Positions 9,342-19,495 are shown, counted from the first letter of the stretch. The stretch is 64,000 bases of DNA from an uncultured virus (IMG/VR IMGVR_UViG_3300006888_000001) (IMGVR_UViG_3300006888_000001), one strand, 5' to 3'. Program-made: numbers and translations. The notes: a model not told the origin generated them from the sequence alone.

Positions 9342-11306
9342 ATGGCCGAAAGAAAGTCGCAGCTCGAAAGCCTCGGGAACACCCTGTTCACCGAATTCAC
9401 CAGGGTTCGCCAGCAGCGCGAGAACCTGGTGGAAGAACGCTGGCTGACGGACGAGCGGCAGTATCGCGGCATCATCGACCCCGAGATTGAAAAGAACCTC
9501 AAGCCCGGGCGCTCAAAGGCCGTGCATCGCTTGACCAAGGTCAAGGTCGATACGATCAAGTCCCGGCTGATGAAGCTCATTTTTCCCGCCAACGGCTCCA
9601 AGAACTGGACCATCAAGCAAACCCCCTATCCCGAAGTCCACCCCGTCATCCTCGAAAACGCCGTGCGCGAGGCCATTTCCGCCGGAAAGCTCAGCCCCGA
9701 GGGCGTGACGACGGCCGCGCGCGACAAGATCAAGTTCGATCTGGCCGTACAGGCCCGCAATCTCATGGAAGCGCAGATGGCCGATCATCTGGCCGAAGGC
9801 GAAATGGGCTACCAGGAGCAGTGCGGCAAGGTCGTGTTCCAGGCCGTGAAACTGGGTACCGGCGTGCTGAAGGGTCCGCTTCCGGAACGCCGCCCCGTGC
9901 AGCGGTACGCGCCGCAGCAGACGGAAGACGGCTCTGTGCAGTGGACGCGCGTGAACGCCACGGAACTGGAATACCATCCGCACCGTGAATGGGTGTCCAC
10001 CTGGCTCGTCTACCCGGACATGGCCGATACGGACATCCGCCGCGCCCGCTTTGTCTGGCAGGCGCACCTCATGGCCAAGGAAGACGTGCAGGATCTGGCC
10101 AAAAAGCCCGGCTTCGAGGCGGAGCTTATCCGCGAGTACCTGGCCAGCAACCCCGAAGGTGACGCCGTTCCCTACAATTTCGAGACGGACCTGCGCCAGA
10201 TGGGCAGCAAGGAAGTGCCCCTGGAGTTCCGCGAGCGGTACCGCGTGCTGGAGCGCTGGGGCTACCTGACCGATGAGCAGCTGCGCGCCGCCGGAGTGGA
10301 CGTGCCCGAGGGCCTGCGCGGCTCCGACCTGGTGGCCTGCGTGTGGCTGCTGGGCAGCACGGCCGTGAAGGTGGTGCTGGCCAAATCCGGACAACGCCGC
10401 CTGCCCTATTATTTTTACAACGTGGTCGAGGACGACGCGACCATCCTTCCCGAGGGCGTGCCGCATATCATGCGTCACCCGGCCCGCATCATCGACGCGG
10501 CCCTGCGCATGACCCTGGACAATGCGGGCGTCACTGCCGGGCCGATCATCGGCATGAACAATTCCGCGCTGAACCGCCAGCTCAATCCCGATCCGGAAAA
10601 CCTGTACGGCGGCCGCGTCTATTTCTTCGACGATGCCCGCGACATGCAGGAGTGCATGCAGGTCTGGAATATCGATTCGCACAGCACGGAGCTGATGAAT
10701 CTCATCAAGTTCGTGAGCGATTTCGCGGACGAAACCACGTCTCCGCGCTTCATGCAGGGCGACGGCCGGGTCAAGGGTGCGGGGGAAACCGCTTCGGGCC
10801 TGTCCATGCTCATGGGCGCGGCCAACGTGAACCTGGGCGACCTGGTCCTGTTCTTCGATCAGCAGATCACATCCCCCTTCATCACCGCCCTGTACGACTG
10901 GGAAATGCAGTTCAATCCGCGAAGCGAGATCAAGGGCGACTTTTCCGTGCTGGCCGTTGGTTCCGCATCCCTTGTGGCCAAGGAAGTCCAGGCCCAGCAG
11001 CTTTTGGGTTTTGCCCAGACCACGGCGGACCCTCGCTATGCCGGCCGCGTCAAGGACGACGTGATGATCAGGAAAATTTCGCAATCCATGGACATCGATG
11101 CCGACGAGCTGGTGCGCACCGAAGAGGAATACCAGCAATGGCAGAACCAGCAAGCCGTGCTGGCGGCCAAGGCTCAGCTGCAGGCCGTGGTGGAAACCAT
11201 GGAATCCAAGGGCATTCCCGCCCGGCAGGTGCTTGAACAGGCGCTCATGCAAGCCATGGGCGCCATGCAACAGGGAGCGGGGCAGCTTCCCGGAGGCGTG
11301 CAATGA
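9342..11306 (+). CDS. Portal protein (podovirus type)
   Basis: ~654 aa after terminase; WLTDERQYRG, AVKLGTGVLKGP, GETASGLSMLM, IKGDFSV; Gln-rich C-terminal barrel. Confidence 0.85.
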   Translation: MAERKSQLESLGNTLFTEFTRVRQQRENLVEERWLTDERQYRGIIDPEIEKNLKPGRSKAVHRLTKVKVDTIKSRLMKLIFPANGSKNWTIKQTPYPEVHPVILENAVREAISAGKLSPEGVTTAARDKIKFDLAVQARNLMEAQMADHLAEGEMGYQEQCGKVVFQAVKLGTGVLKGPLPERRPVQRYAPQQTEDGSVQWTRVNATELEYHPHREWVSTWLVYPDMADTDIRRARFVWQAHLMAKEDVQDLAKKPGFEAELIREYLASNPEGDAVPYNFETDLRQMGSKEVPLEFRERYRVLERWGYLTDEQLRAAGVDVPEGLRGSDLVACVWLLGSTAVKVVLAKSGQRRLPYYFYNVVEDDATILPEGVPHIMRHPARIIDAALRMTLDNAGVTAGPIIGMNNSALNRQLNPDPENLYGGRVYFFDDARDMQECMQVWNIDSHSTELMNLIKFVSDFADETTSPRFMQGDGRVKGAGETASGLSMLMGAANVNLGDLVLFFDQQITSPFITALYDWEMQFNPRSEIKGDFSVLAVGSASLVAKEVQAQQLLGFAQTTADPRYAGRVKDDVMIRKISQSMDIDADELVRTEEEYQQWQNQQAVLAAKAQLQAVVETMESKGIPARQVLEQALMQAMGAMQQGAGQLPGGVQ

Positions 11307-11641
11307 CCATGAAGTCCATGGCCCTAGGCCAGAAGGAACGGAAGAAATACGCTCTTGAGCCGTGTGGTTCGGATCGGAATAAAGGACCCAAATACCCTTG
11401 GGGGCTCCGGTTGGATCTTGAGGACGAGACTTTGAAGAAGCTGGGCATCGACGTGTCCGAGCTGTCCAGCGGGTCGGAAGTGACCCTGCGCGGCAAGGCC
11501 ATGATCAGCGGAATCTCCGTGAACGACAGCGACGGCAAGAAACGCTCCAGCCTGAGCCTGCAGATCACGCATCTGGAATTGCCCGTGGAGGGTGATTTCG
11601 CGGCGGCATTCAAGGCCCGCGCGGCCAAGGGCAAGAAATGA
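11303..11641 (+). CDS. Small virion protein (capsid staple-like)
   Basis: YPWGLRLDLEDETLKKLGI...SLSLQITHLEL pattern; position after portal. Confidence 0.6.
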   Translation: MTMKSMALGQKERKKYALEPCGSDRNKGPKYPWGLRLDLEDETLKKLGIDVSELSSGSEVTLRGKAMISGISVNDSDGKKRSSLSLQITHLELPVEGDFAAAFKARAAKGKK

Positions 11642-11835
11642 GCCTGGACGCCCTGCTGGCCCACCAAGACGGCCCGGGCCTCGTGGCCGCCCGCGCTTGG
11701 TTCGATGCCGAGATCCGCAGAATCCTCAAGCGCATGGAAAACTGCACGCCCGATGAGCTGGGCAGGCTGCAGGGCAATATCGAGCAGTGCAGGCGGTTTT
11801 TGAAAATTTTCGAGGGTTCGCCAAATGGTGGCTGA
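11638..11835 (+). CDS. Small hypothetical head-module protein
   Basis: ATGA overlap; RLQG motif common in small post-portal genes. Confidence 0.6.
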   Translation: MSLDALLAHQDGPGLVAARAWFDAEIRRILKRMENCTPDELGRLQGNIEQCRRFLKIFEGSPNGG

Positions 11836-11994
11836 ACTCTTCAATCCGCGCCGGGCCCCGATTCGTTCGCCCCGGCAGCAACCCCGTAAAGCCGGCCCCG
11901 CCACGCGCGTGGGCGAAGCACAACGCCAGGCCCCGATTCGTTCGCCCTGGCCACGGCTTCACAAACGCCGCGAATGCGCCCGGTAGGAGGACAA

Positions 11995-13032
11995 ATGGCA
12001 GAGGACCAGAATTTTGTAACCGAGGACGACGAATTTGCAGTGGCATTCGCGGCGCGTGCCCGGCAGGACGCCGGGGACGATACGCAAGGCGGCGGCGATA
12101 CGGATGACGACGACGCGGGCCACGACGGCCATGACGACATGGCCGGTCAGGGCGACGGTGACCAGGGCGGCGATCAGGATGGCGGCGGCGAAGGTGACGG
12201 ACAGGGTGGACAGGACGGCGAGGGCGGTCAGGACGGCGGGAATCCGGATGATCTGGAGACCCTGAGAAATCGCGCCCATTCGTACGATTCCCTGAAGGGC
12301 AGGCATCAGCAGGTCCAGGACGAAAACCGCGCGCTCAGGGAAGAGCTGGCCCGCCTGAAACAGGCCCCGGCTCCGGAGCAGATGGCGGACGAGGACGTGC
12401 CCGAGGATCTGCGCGAGGACCTGGAAGTCATCGCCGGGCTGGACCCGGAGCTGGCCGAGCTGGTGCGCGAAAAGAGCGCCGACGGCGAGCGTCTGCGCAA
12501 GAGCCTAGCCAAGTTCGGCCCCGAATCCACCACGGCCATGGCCGAGGCGCTGCGCACGCGGCGCTATGTGGATCTTCAGGGGCAGGCGGAGCGTCAGGCG
12601 CAGGTGGCAGCGGTGCATCAGAAGCACTATGCCGATCTGCTTTCGGCCGTGCCGAGCCTGGCCGAGTGCTGCGTGGTGGCCCGAAACGAACACGGCCAGT
12701 ACCAGCTGTTCGCCCAGCCCGAGCGCGAGGCCGATTTTAACGCCTATTTCAAGGGCCTGGGCGAGTGGCTGGACGAGCTGCCCCACAAGACCGCCAAGGC
12801 CTACGGCGAAACGCTCTGGCGCTCCGGCGGCCCGCAGGAAGTGTCCGAAGTCCTCAAAGAATACGACAAGGCGCGCAAGCCCCGCGAACACGTGGACAAA
12901 GAGCTTGCCGAGAACCTGGGCCCGGTGCGCTCGCGCTCCCGTGGCCCTGGCGGAAAGGAGGGTGGGGAAGACCCCAACTCCTACGAAGGCGCTTATCAGC
13001 GCCGCGTGCGCGAGGAAAGCAAGCGCGCCTGA
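11995..13032 (+). CDS. Capsid scaffolding protein
   Basis: AGGAGG RBS; acidic G/D/Q low-complexity N-terminus plus coiled coil; directly upstream of the major capsid gene. Confidence 0.75.
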   Translation: MAEDQNFVTEDDEFAVAFAARARQDAGDDTQGGGDTDDDDAGHDGHDDMAGQGDGDQGGDQDGGGEGDGQGGQDGEGGQDGGNPDDLETLRNRAHSYDSLKGRHQQVQDENRALREELARLKQAPAPEQMADEDVPEDLREDLEVIAGLDPELAELVREKSADGERLRKSLAKFGPESTTAMAEALRTRRYVDLQGQAERQAQVAAVHQKHYADLLSAVPSLAECCVVARNEHGQYQLFAQPEREADFNAYFKGLGEWLDELPHKTAKAYGETLWRSGGPQEVSEVLKEYDKARKPREHVDKELAENLGPVRSRSRGPGGKEGGEDPNSYEGAYQRRVREESKRA

Positions 13033-13053
13033 GTCTAAAGAGGAATTTGCATC

Positions 13054-14091
13054 ATGGCATACGCAGGAACCACCTACAAACGCGACGGCTACAATCCGTC
13101 CATCGGCTCCACGGGCGGGGCGGGCGACATTTCCCCGCGCACCCTGGGCGACATCTGCTACGACATGCTGGAGCGGGCCCATCCGCACATGGTGCTCGAG
13201 CAGTTCGGCAAGTCCAAGACCCTGGGCAAGGGCAAAGGCCAGCAGATCTTCTTCCGGCGTTTCAAGAAGCTGCCGCCTGCCACCACGGCCCTGACCGAGG
13301 GCGTGACCCCGGCCTCCCAGAAGCTCACGGCGCAGGATTATGTCCTGCCCCTGACGCGCATCGGCTTCGTGGTCGAGATTTCGGACGAGATCGAGGATCA
13401 CCATGACGACCCGGTCATCCAGGAAGGCGTGGAGATCGTCTCCGAACAGATGGCCGAGAGTCTGGAACTCTTGCGCTTCGGCGGCCTGGTGGCCGGAACG
13501 AGCGTGTTCTTCTCCAACGGCGCGGCCCGCAATGCCGTCAACACCGAACCGACCAAGGATCTGTTCGTCAAGATCAACCGCTTCCTGAAACGCAAGGACG
13601 CCAAGCCCATCACCAAGTTCGTGGGTCCCACCGTGGAATTCGGCACCGTACACATGCCGAAGTCCTATATCGCGGTGTGCCATACGGATCTGGAAAGTTC
13701 CCTGGAAAAAATCATCGGCTGGAAAAAGCCCGAAGACTACGCGACCAAAAGCCCCTTCGAGAACGAGATCGGCTCCCTGCCGGGCTTTCGTTTCCTGACC
13801 TCGACCCTGCTCAACCCCTGGGCCGACGCGGGCGGAGTCAAGGGCGCCATGATCTCGACCTCGGGCGTCAATGCCGACGTGTACCCGATCCTGATCTTCG
13901 CCGAGAACGCCTACGCCATCTCGGCCTTCAAGGGTATGAACGCCCTGACCCCGTCCGTCATCCCGCCGAGCAGGAAGGACAAGTCCGACGTGCTCGGCCA
14001 GCGCGGCTACATCGGCGCCAAGGGCATGGCCGGGGCCTGCATCCTGAACGACGACTGGTTTGTGCGCGTGGAAGTCGCGGTCAAGGCCTAA
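13054..14091 (+). CDS. Major capsid protein, N4-gp56 family
   Basis: VLEQFG, LTEGVTP, YIAVCHTDLE, ENEIGS, DVYPILIF, DVLGQRGYIG motifs. Confidence 0.9.
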   Translation: MAYAGTTYKRDGYNPSIGSTGGAGDISPRTLGDICYDMLERAHPHMVLEQFGKSKTLGKGKGQQIFFRRFKKLPPATTALTEGVTPASQKLTAQDYVLPLTRIGFVVEISDEIEDHHDDPVIQEGVEIVSEQMAESLELLRFGGLVAGTSVFFSNGAARNAVNTEPTKDLFVKINRFLKRKDAKPITKFVGPTVEFGTVHMPKSYIAVCHTDLESSLEKIIGWKKPEDYATKSPFENEIGSLPGFRFLTSTLLNPWADAGGVKGAMISTSGVNADVYPILIFAENAYAISAFKGMNALTPSVIPPSRKDKSDVLGQRGYIGAKGMAGACILNDDWFVRVEVAVKA

Positions 14092-14095
14092 ACCT

Positions 14096-14124
14096 GCGGG
14101 GGCGGATCATTCGCCCCCGCTTTT
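14096..14124 (+). terminator. Terminator/attenuator after capsid gene
   Basis: GCGGGGGCGG-ATCAT-TCGCCCCCGC-TTTT. Confidence 0.7.
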
Positions 14125-14137
14125 GCGAGGAAACCTC

Positions 14138-14641
14138 ATGTTGAATCTCAGCGATATCGGAGTGGTCAAGGTCAAGAAGGAAGAGCGTGAGCGCGTGGCG
14201 CGCCTGCGCACGCAGCATCCGCAGGAGGATCTGTTCCGCATCCGCATCAACAATCAGGAATCCCTGGACGGCAAGGAGCCCGTGACCGGCTGCTGCAATG
14301 GGGACGAGTTCATGATCCCGCGCGACCAGGACTGGATCTGCCCGCGTGGGCATGTTTCGGTCCTGGGGCTGGCCGTGTTTCAGGACATGAAGCTCGAAGA
14401 GGCGCAGGAGAACGGGGTTCCCGTCTATTACCGGGTTCACTCGCAGCGCATGCGCTTTCATCTCATCATGTACGGCAAGCTGGATCTGGATGCCCTGGAC
14501 AAGGAGTTGGCCGACGAGGCCAAGAAGGCCACCAAGGCTTCAGAGAAAGCCGCCGCCAAACACGCCGCGGACAAGGCCGCGGGGCTGCTTGACGATGACG
14601 ACGCGCCGGCCGCCGACGGGAACAAGGGCGGGGTGGCCTAA
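14138..14641 (+). CDS. Hypothetical virion protein
   Basis: GAGGA RBS; post-capsid position. Confidence 0.7.
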   Translation: MLNLSDIGVVKVKKEERERVARLRTQHPQEDLFRIRINNQESLDGKEPVTGCCNGDEFMIPRDQDWICPRGHVSVLGLAVFQDMKLEEAQENGVPVYYRVHSQRMRFHLIMYGKLDLDALDKELADEAKKATKASEKAAAKHAADKAAGLLDDDDAPAADGNKGGVA

Positions 14642-15328
14642 ATGGGCGTGCTCGCGGCGGAAGTCATCAGCCAGGCCCTCCAGCAACTGGGCGAGGAAGG
14701 CGTTGGCACGTTCTGGGGCGTGTCCGAGATTCAGCGTTGGCTGAATCTCGGACAGCGCACCATGTGCATCTGGAAGCCGGATTCGTACATGGTCACGCGC
14801 TGGCTGCCTTTGGCCCTGGGGCCGCGTCAGGTCATCCCGGCGGACTGCGTGCGCCTGTTCGACGTGGTCCGCAACGATCCGGAGCACGGCGGCGCGGCGA
14901 TCACGCTGGTGGAACGCGCCGACCTGCCCATGAACTGGCCCACGGCCGTGGTGGTTGACGGGGTTGGCGTGGAACACTGGATGTATCTGCCGTCCAACGC
15001 CAAGAATTTTTACATCTATCCCGCTTACGATGAAGCCACGGACAACAAGATCGAAGCCATTTGCGGGGCCATTCCGCCGGTGGTGGACGCTTATGTGGGC
15101 GATGCGGCGAACCCTGCGCCTGCCTGCGCCGAGATCATGGTGGACGATACCGACGCCCTGTTGAACTACGTGCTGTTCCGGGCCTGCCTGAAGCAGACGG
15201 ACAGCGGCGTGCGCGACCGGGCCGCGTTTTTCGCGCAGCAGTACCTTATCGCCCTGGGCAAGGGCCGTGAAGCGGCGCTTATGGCCAACCCGCAACGCAT
15301 CCTGAACGTGCAGGGAGAGCAGGTATGA
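14642..15328 (+). CDS. Putative head-tail adaptor protein
   Basis: FWGVSEIQRWLN...FYIYP...ALLNYVLFRA pattern typical of podovirus adaptors. Confidence 0.65.
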   Translation: MGVLAAEVISQALQQLGEEGVGTFWGVSEIQRWLNLGQRTMCIWKPDSYMVTRWLPLALGPRQVIPADCVRLFDVVRNDPEHGGAAITLVERADLPMNWPTAVVVDGVGVEHWMYLPSNAKNFYIYPAYDEATDNKIEAICGAIPPVVDAYVGDAANPAPACAEIMVDDTDALLNYVLFRACLKQTDSGVRDRAAFFAQQYLIALGKGREAALMANPQRILNVQGEQV

Positions 15329-15870
15329 ACTGGATGACCGAGATCATTCAGGACGTGCGGGCCGAGCTGCCAGGCTGCCCGGCGCCCACGGTGGAACGGG
15401 CGGTGCTGAAAGCCGCGCGGGAGTATTTCGAGCAGTCCGGGGCCTGGGTCAAGGACATCCGCTTCACCATCGAGGCCGGACGCACGCGCAAGGATTTTTC
15501 CCAGCGCGTGCCGGGTCGGTTTCTGTACGTGCTTTGCGCCGCGCCTGCCGGTCTGGCCTTTGAGATCGACGGCAGCACGTACCTCCTGCAGGGGGCCCAG
15601 CCGCAGGACGTGGAGATCGAGCTGACCGTGGCCGTGGGTGTGGCAGGCAAAGCCACCGAGATCAGCGACCGCGCCCGCGAGGACATGGCCGAGGCCGTCA
15701 TGCACGGCGCTCTGGCCCGACTTTTCAAGCAAAAGCAGCCCTGGGGCGACCTGATCCTGGCGGCGGCCTATGCCGAGGATTTCCGCAAAGACATTGGCCG
15801 CGCGCGGGGTCGGGCCGCCGCGCCGGGAGTAGCGGTTACGCACTACGCCATAGGGAGGAGTTTCGAATGA
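15325..15870 (+). CDS. Putative adaptor/tail tubular protein
   Basis: PGCP..TVERAV..AAREY and AVMHGALARL...PW motifs. Confidence 0.6.
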   Translation: MNWMTEIIQDVRAELPGCPAPTVERAVLKAAREYFEQSGAWVKDIRFTIEAGRTRKDFSQRVPGRFLYVLCAAPAGLAFEIDGSTYLLQGAQPQDVEIELTVAVGVAGKATEISDRAREDMAEAVMHGALARLFKQKQPWGDLILAAAYAEDFRKDIGRARGRAAAPGVAVTHYAIGRSFE

Positions 15871-16160
15871 TCAGATTTTACGCTGAAAACAAAGCCGATG
15901 CCGTGGAGCTGACTACGGACAGAGAGGTGCCGGAAGGCGCGGCCTGGCACCAGGTCGGTCTGGCCAATCCCCTGGGGGACGCAGGCAGCGGGATCATCGA
16001 AGTGGACGACGGCACGGGGTACCGCACATATGCCGTCGTTGATCTGACGAAAACAGACCGCGTTCCGTTCTGCATGGTCCTGGATGCCAAGGGTATCCGC
16101 ATTACTCCGGACCGCGCCATGACCATCTGCTACAAGGCCCAGCCGGTGGGGATGCTGTGA
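15867..16160 (+). CDS. Hypothetical virion protein
   Basis: ATGA overlap, GGAGG RBS. Confidence 0.6.
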   Translation: MIRFYAENKADAVELTTDREVPEGAAWHQVGLANPLGDAGSGIIEVDDGTGYRTYAVVDLTKTDRVPFCMVLDAKGIRITPDRAMTICYKAQPVGML

Positions 16161-18130
16161 GCCGTCACCCCGTCATCTGCAATCCGGTCCTGGACCCCGT
16201 GGTCGACATTCTCGACTACGTGGCCTGGCGTGCCGGCGACAACGAGCTGCCCGTCATCTCCGGATCGCTCGGGGTTTTGGATGCCGGGCAGGCCTACACG
16301 ATCACCACGTCGCAACTCCTGGCCATGGCGTCCGACTCTGTCCATGCGCTGTCTGTCACGGGCCTGGGCGTGACGTCCGTGTCCACGTACGCCGGCAACC
16401 CTGCCGACCTGTCCAAAGCCACCCTGGCCGACAATATGGACGGAACCTGGACCCTGACCCTGGCCGCCGCCTGGTCCGGGACCGTGGACCTGGCCCTGTC
16501 GATCACGGATGGAAAAGCAGTCGTGTCCGGGACCATCTCCGGGACCGTGGAGCATGTGCTGTGGAAAAACAGCGGCGACACCCTCGCCGACCTGACGTAC
16601 AACCCCGCCCTTCTGTCCATCGTGCCCGACCCGGACGGTGGTTCGCATATCCGGGCCATCGCGTACAGCACCTCGCACGATTTCTACAAAACCGATATGC
16701 TGACGTGCCAGTCGGAGCAACTCCTGCGCATGTCGTGGCATTCCGCGTCGACCAACAGCGCCGTGCGCATATGGGGCATGGTAGGGGCCGCGACCCAAAA
16801 AATTCCGCTCGGAGACAGCGCGTTCGAGTTTACGACAGGCGAAGGGCAGACCCAGCTCCAGCCCTACTTCTTCATCATCGACGTGCAGCCCGGCGACGAG
16901 GTCTATCTGGACGACTTCCGTCTGGTGCTCCTCAATTCCCGGCCCGCCGTGTCCGGGACTGTCGATCTCGGCGCGATGCAGGCCGACGATACGGCCCTGT
17001 GGACGGCGGACCAGTTCCTGGCCGTGTTGGCCGATCCTGACGGCGATGCACTGACCATCACGGACCTGACCGTATCGGCCGGTTCCGTGGTCGATAACGG
17101 CAACGGCACCTGGACCTATACGGCCAAGGGCTGGGCCAATGTGGATGTGGATGTGACCGTGACCGCGACCGACGGGATAGCCACGGTCACGGTCACGGGC
17201 TACCTCGGCGTCTATGACATGGCCTCCACGGCTGCGGCCTGGGAATCGGCGCAGGAATGGACCCTCAACGCGCGCAACCCCTACCATCCGGCGGTCGAAA
17301 CCGGGGCGAACCTGGGCTATCTCACGCCTCTGGATCTGGGCGCGAAGCTCAAGCGTTGGGCAGACTCGTTCGACCTGTCGCGCATCACCATGTCCGGCTC
17401 GGAAATCTCCTCCTACGGCGACCGCATGGGCGGCCCGGCCGTCACGCAGGGCACTATTTCCTATCGTCCGCGCTACCGCAGCGCCGGGGAATACGGGCTC
17501 AACGGCAGGCCCTGCATATATTACGACGGCGGCGACTCTCTCGCCCTCGCGTCCGGCGCGGGCCTGCCCATAGGCACGGCCGCGCGCGGTCATCTCACCA
17601 TTTACCAGCCATCCCGCACGACCGGCAGCAATACGGTGATGCAGCAGGGCGCCAACGCCACCGGGTACAGGTTCTCCTTGCAGTTCCGCCAGACGCCCGT
17701 CGGCGACCCGTATTTTTCGGGCTACAACTCGGATCTGTCCAGCGGCGACGCCGTGACCCTGGACATCAAGTCCTCGGCCGTGGATTGGGCCGGGGACGGC
17801 GGCCTGTTGCGAATCTACAAGAATGGCCTGCTCAAGGCTGCGGCCAACCGGACCCTGAACACGACGCCGGACAGCCTGTCCTACGGCTCCGGCCCGGCCG
17901 GGGTGGAGGCCATGATGGGCCTCAAGGGCGACGACGTGCATTGGTCCGGCACGCTGACGGCCCCAGAAATCGAATGGCTTACCGCATGGCTGCACTGGAA
18001 ATACGGCGTCCAGGACCTGCTGCCGGCGGACAACCCGTGGCGCACGGCCCGGCCCCGTCGGATCGCCCTCGGGACCGAGGACGGCCTGACGCTCGGCACT
18101 GAAGACGGACAGGCAATACGCCTGGAATAG
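16157..18130 (+). CDS. Virion appendage/adhesin with cadherin-like repeats and a LamG/ConA-like region
   Basis: Two cadherin-like units (ITTSQLLAMASD...DNMDGTWTLT; DPDGDALTI...DNGNGTWTYT); GLNGRPCIYYDG; LRIYKNG; C-terminal LGTEDG repeat. Confidence 0.7.
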   Translation: MSRHPVICNPVLDPVVDILDYVAWRAGDNELPVISGSLGVLDAGQAYTITTSQLLAMASDSVHALSVTGLGVTSVSTYAGNPADLSKATLADNMDGTWTLTLAAAWSGTVDLALSITDGKAVVSGTISGTVEHVLWKNSGDTLADLTYNPALLSIVPDPDGGSHIRAIAYSTSHDFYKTDMLTCQSEQLLRMSWHSASTNSAVRIWGMVGAATQKIPLGDSAFEFTTGEGQTQLQPYFFIIDVQPGDEVYLDDFRLVLLNSRPAVSGTVDLGAMQADDTALWTADQFLAVLADPDGDALTITDLTVSAGSVVDNGNGTWTYTAKGWANVDVDVTVTATDGIATVTVTGYLGVYDMASTAAAWESAQEWTLNARNPYHPAVETGANLGYLTPLDLGAKLKRWADSFDLSRITMSGSEISSYGDRMGGPAVTQGTISYRPRYRSAGEYGLNGRPCIYYDGGDSLALASGAGLPIGTAARGHLTIYQPSRTTGSNTVMQQGANATGYRFSLQFRQTPVGDPYFSGYNSDLSSGDAVTLDIKSSAVDWAGDGGLLRIYKNGLLKAAANRTLNTTPDSLSYGSGPAGVEAMMGLKGDDVHWSGTLTAPEIEWLTAWLHWKYGVQDLLPADNPWRTARPRRIALGTEDGLTLGTEDGQAIRLE

Positions 18131-18139
18131 GAGCACGAC

Positions 18140-19192
18140 ATGACTATTGATCCCATTGACCTTAGAACCATCAACGCCATGCTTGATCGCGGGACTCCGG
18201 CCCATGACGACAGCCTGGTCGTGCAGACCGCCGCGAGCCTGACGCGCAAGCTGCCCCTGCATCGCGTGGTGTCGAGCTTGCCCGGACTGCTCGAAAACAA
18301 GGCCCATGTCGCCAAGATCGACGACACGCATTTTTCGATAGCCGCCGGAGCGGCCAAGATCCGCAAGGCGGATGGCTCGCTGCACGAGGTTTCGTGGGAT
18401 GCCCCACCCTCGGTCGATATTACGACCCTGAACGGCGGGGCGCTGCAACCGGGGCAGCTGCGCTGGATCGGCTATAAATGGAACACAGGGGAGGCGGCCA
18501 TCGAACCGGTCCTGCTGCCGCTCCTGCCAACAAGACTTGTCTATCTGGACCAGATCGCGCTCGTTGGTCGTCTGTGGAACACGGCTGGGGTGCTCACCGT
18601 GTCCAGCCGGCACATCCGCCTATCATATGATCCTTATGCGGCGCTGTCCGGGGTGTCCTGGCATCGCCCTGCGCTCAACGTGCGTAACAGCGTCATCGTG
18701 TCCCCGCACGTGAGTCCTTCCTATCTGAATTTTTCCGCCGGGGAGCTGGCCCGCTGGCCAATCGTCACCGACCATGTGACGGGCTCCCACCTGTTCGAGT
18801 ATCCTGGAATGAGCGTGCTGACGTCCATCTGGGGGCATCTCAAAGCAACGAGCATATACGACAATATCACCGACTGTACAGCGTTCAACCTCCTGGGCTT
18901 CTGGGATTCCGGGGCCGGAACACCGACGGCCATCGACACCGGAAAGTATGTTGTTCACCGGATAGGGATCTATGCGGGCAGCAATGAGCGCGTCTGGTTC
19001 CGGGGACAGGCGCAGTATGGGTCTATGGAAGAGGCCGTGGCCGCCCGACTGACCGAGGCCTTCACGTACGCGGCCTGGGCCGCCGACGCCCGCCAGATCG
19101 CGCCGGTTGCGTTCGTCATCGCCCGCAAAAATGAAGGGGACTTCGCCGCGAACGGATCGTACTGCAAAATCCTGCCCTGGACGGAGTGGTAA
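18140..19192 (+). CDS. Hypothetical tail/virion protein
   Basis: AGGAG RBS; 350-aa ORF in the late operon. Confidence 0.7.
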   Translation: MTIDPIDLRTINAMLDRGTPAHDDSLVVQTAASLTRKLPLHRVVSSLPGLLENKAHVAKIDDTHFSIAAGAAKIRKADGSLHEVSWDAPPSVDITTLNGGALQPGQLRWIGYKWNTGEAAIEPVLLPLLPTRLVYLDQIALVGRLWNTAGVLTVSSRHIRLSYDPYAALSGVSWHRPALNVRNSVIVSPHVSPSYLNFSAGELARWPIVTDHVTGSHLFEYPGMSVLTSIWGHLKATSIYDNITDCTAFNLLGFWDSGAGTPTAIDTGKYVVHRIGIYAGSNERVWFRGQAQYGSMEEAVAARLTEAFTYAAWAADARQIAPVAFVIARKNEGDFAANGSYCKILPWTEW

Positions 19193-19194
19193 TC

Positions 19195-19485
19195 ATGCTC
19201 CTTCAAGCTATCCCTGGCCGCTATTACCTGGTCCCGACCGAGGCCGAGGCCGAGGCCCTGCAGGCCCGGATTTTTCAATCCTACGTCACGCAATACCCGG
19301 ACGTGAACGCGGCGACCGGGGAGCCCATCGACCCGCAGCTCGCCACGCGCTGGGCCATCCCCGCGCAGACGATCAGCGGCGAATGGGCCGTGCCTGTCCC
19401 GAACCTGGATTGCGGGATTGATCTGCCCGAGGTGGAACTGTCCGCCGGGGATTGGCCCGTCGAAGAACCCTACATGCCGGAATGA
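19195..19485 (+). CDS. Hypothetical protein
   Basis: In-operon ORF with TRWA motif. Confidence 0.55.
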   Translation: MLLQAIPGRYYLVPTEAEAEALQARIFQSYVTQYPDVNAATGEPIDPQLATRWAIPAQTISGEWAVPVPNLDCGIDLPEVELSAGDWPVEEPYMPE

Positions 19486-19495
19486 TGGTGGCCCC

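Noticed and set aside
9513..11303. 596-aa minus-strand ORF opposite the portal (also 16130..18613, 28356..30077, 35339..37513, 40331..42889)
   Set aside because: Antisense shadow ORFs expected from GC3-biased genes; no motifs, and composition is not protein-like
12070..12245. GGC/GAC/CAG-rich repeats in the scaffold gene
   Set aside because: Low-complexity G/D/Q coding sequence; no repeat-spacer structure, so not a CRISPR array
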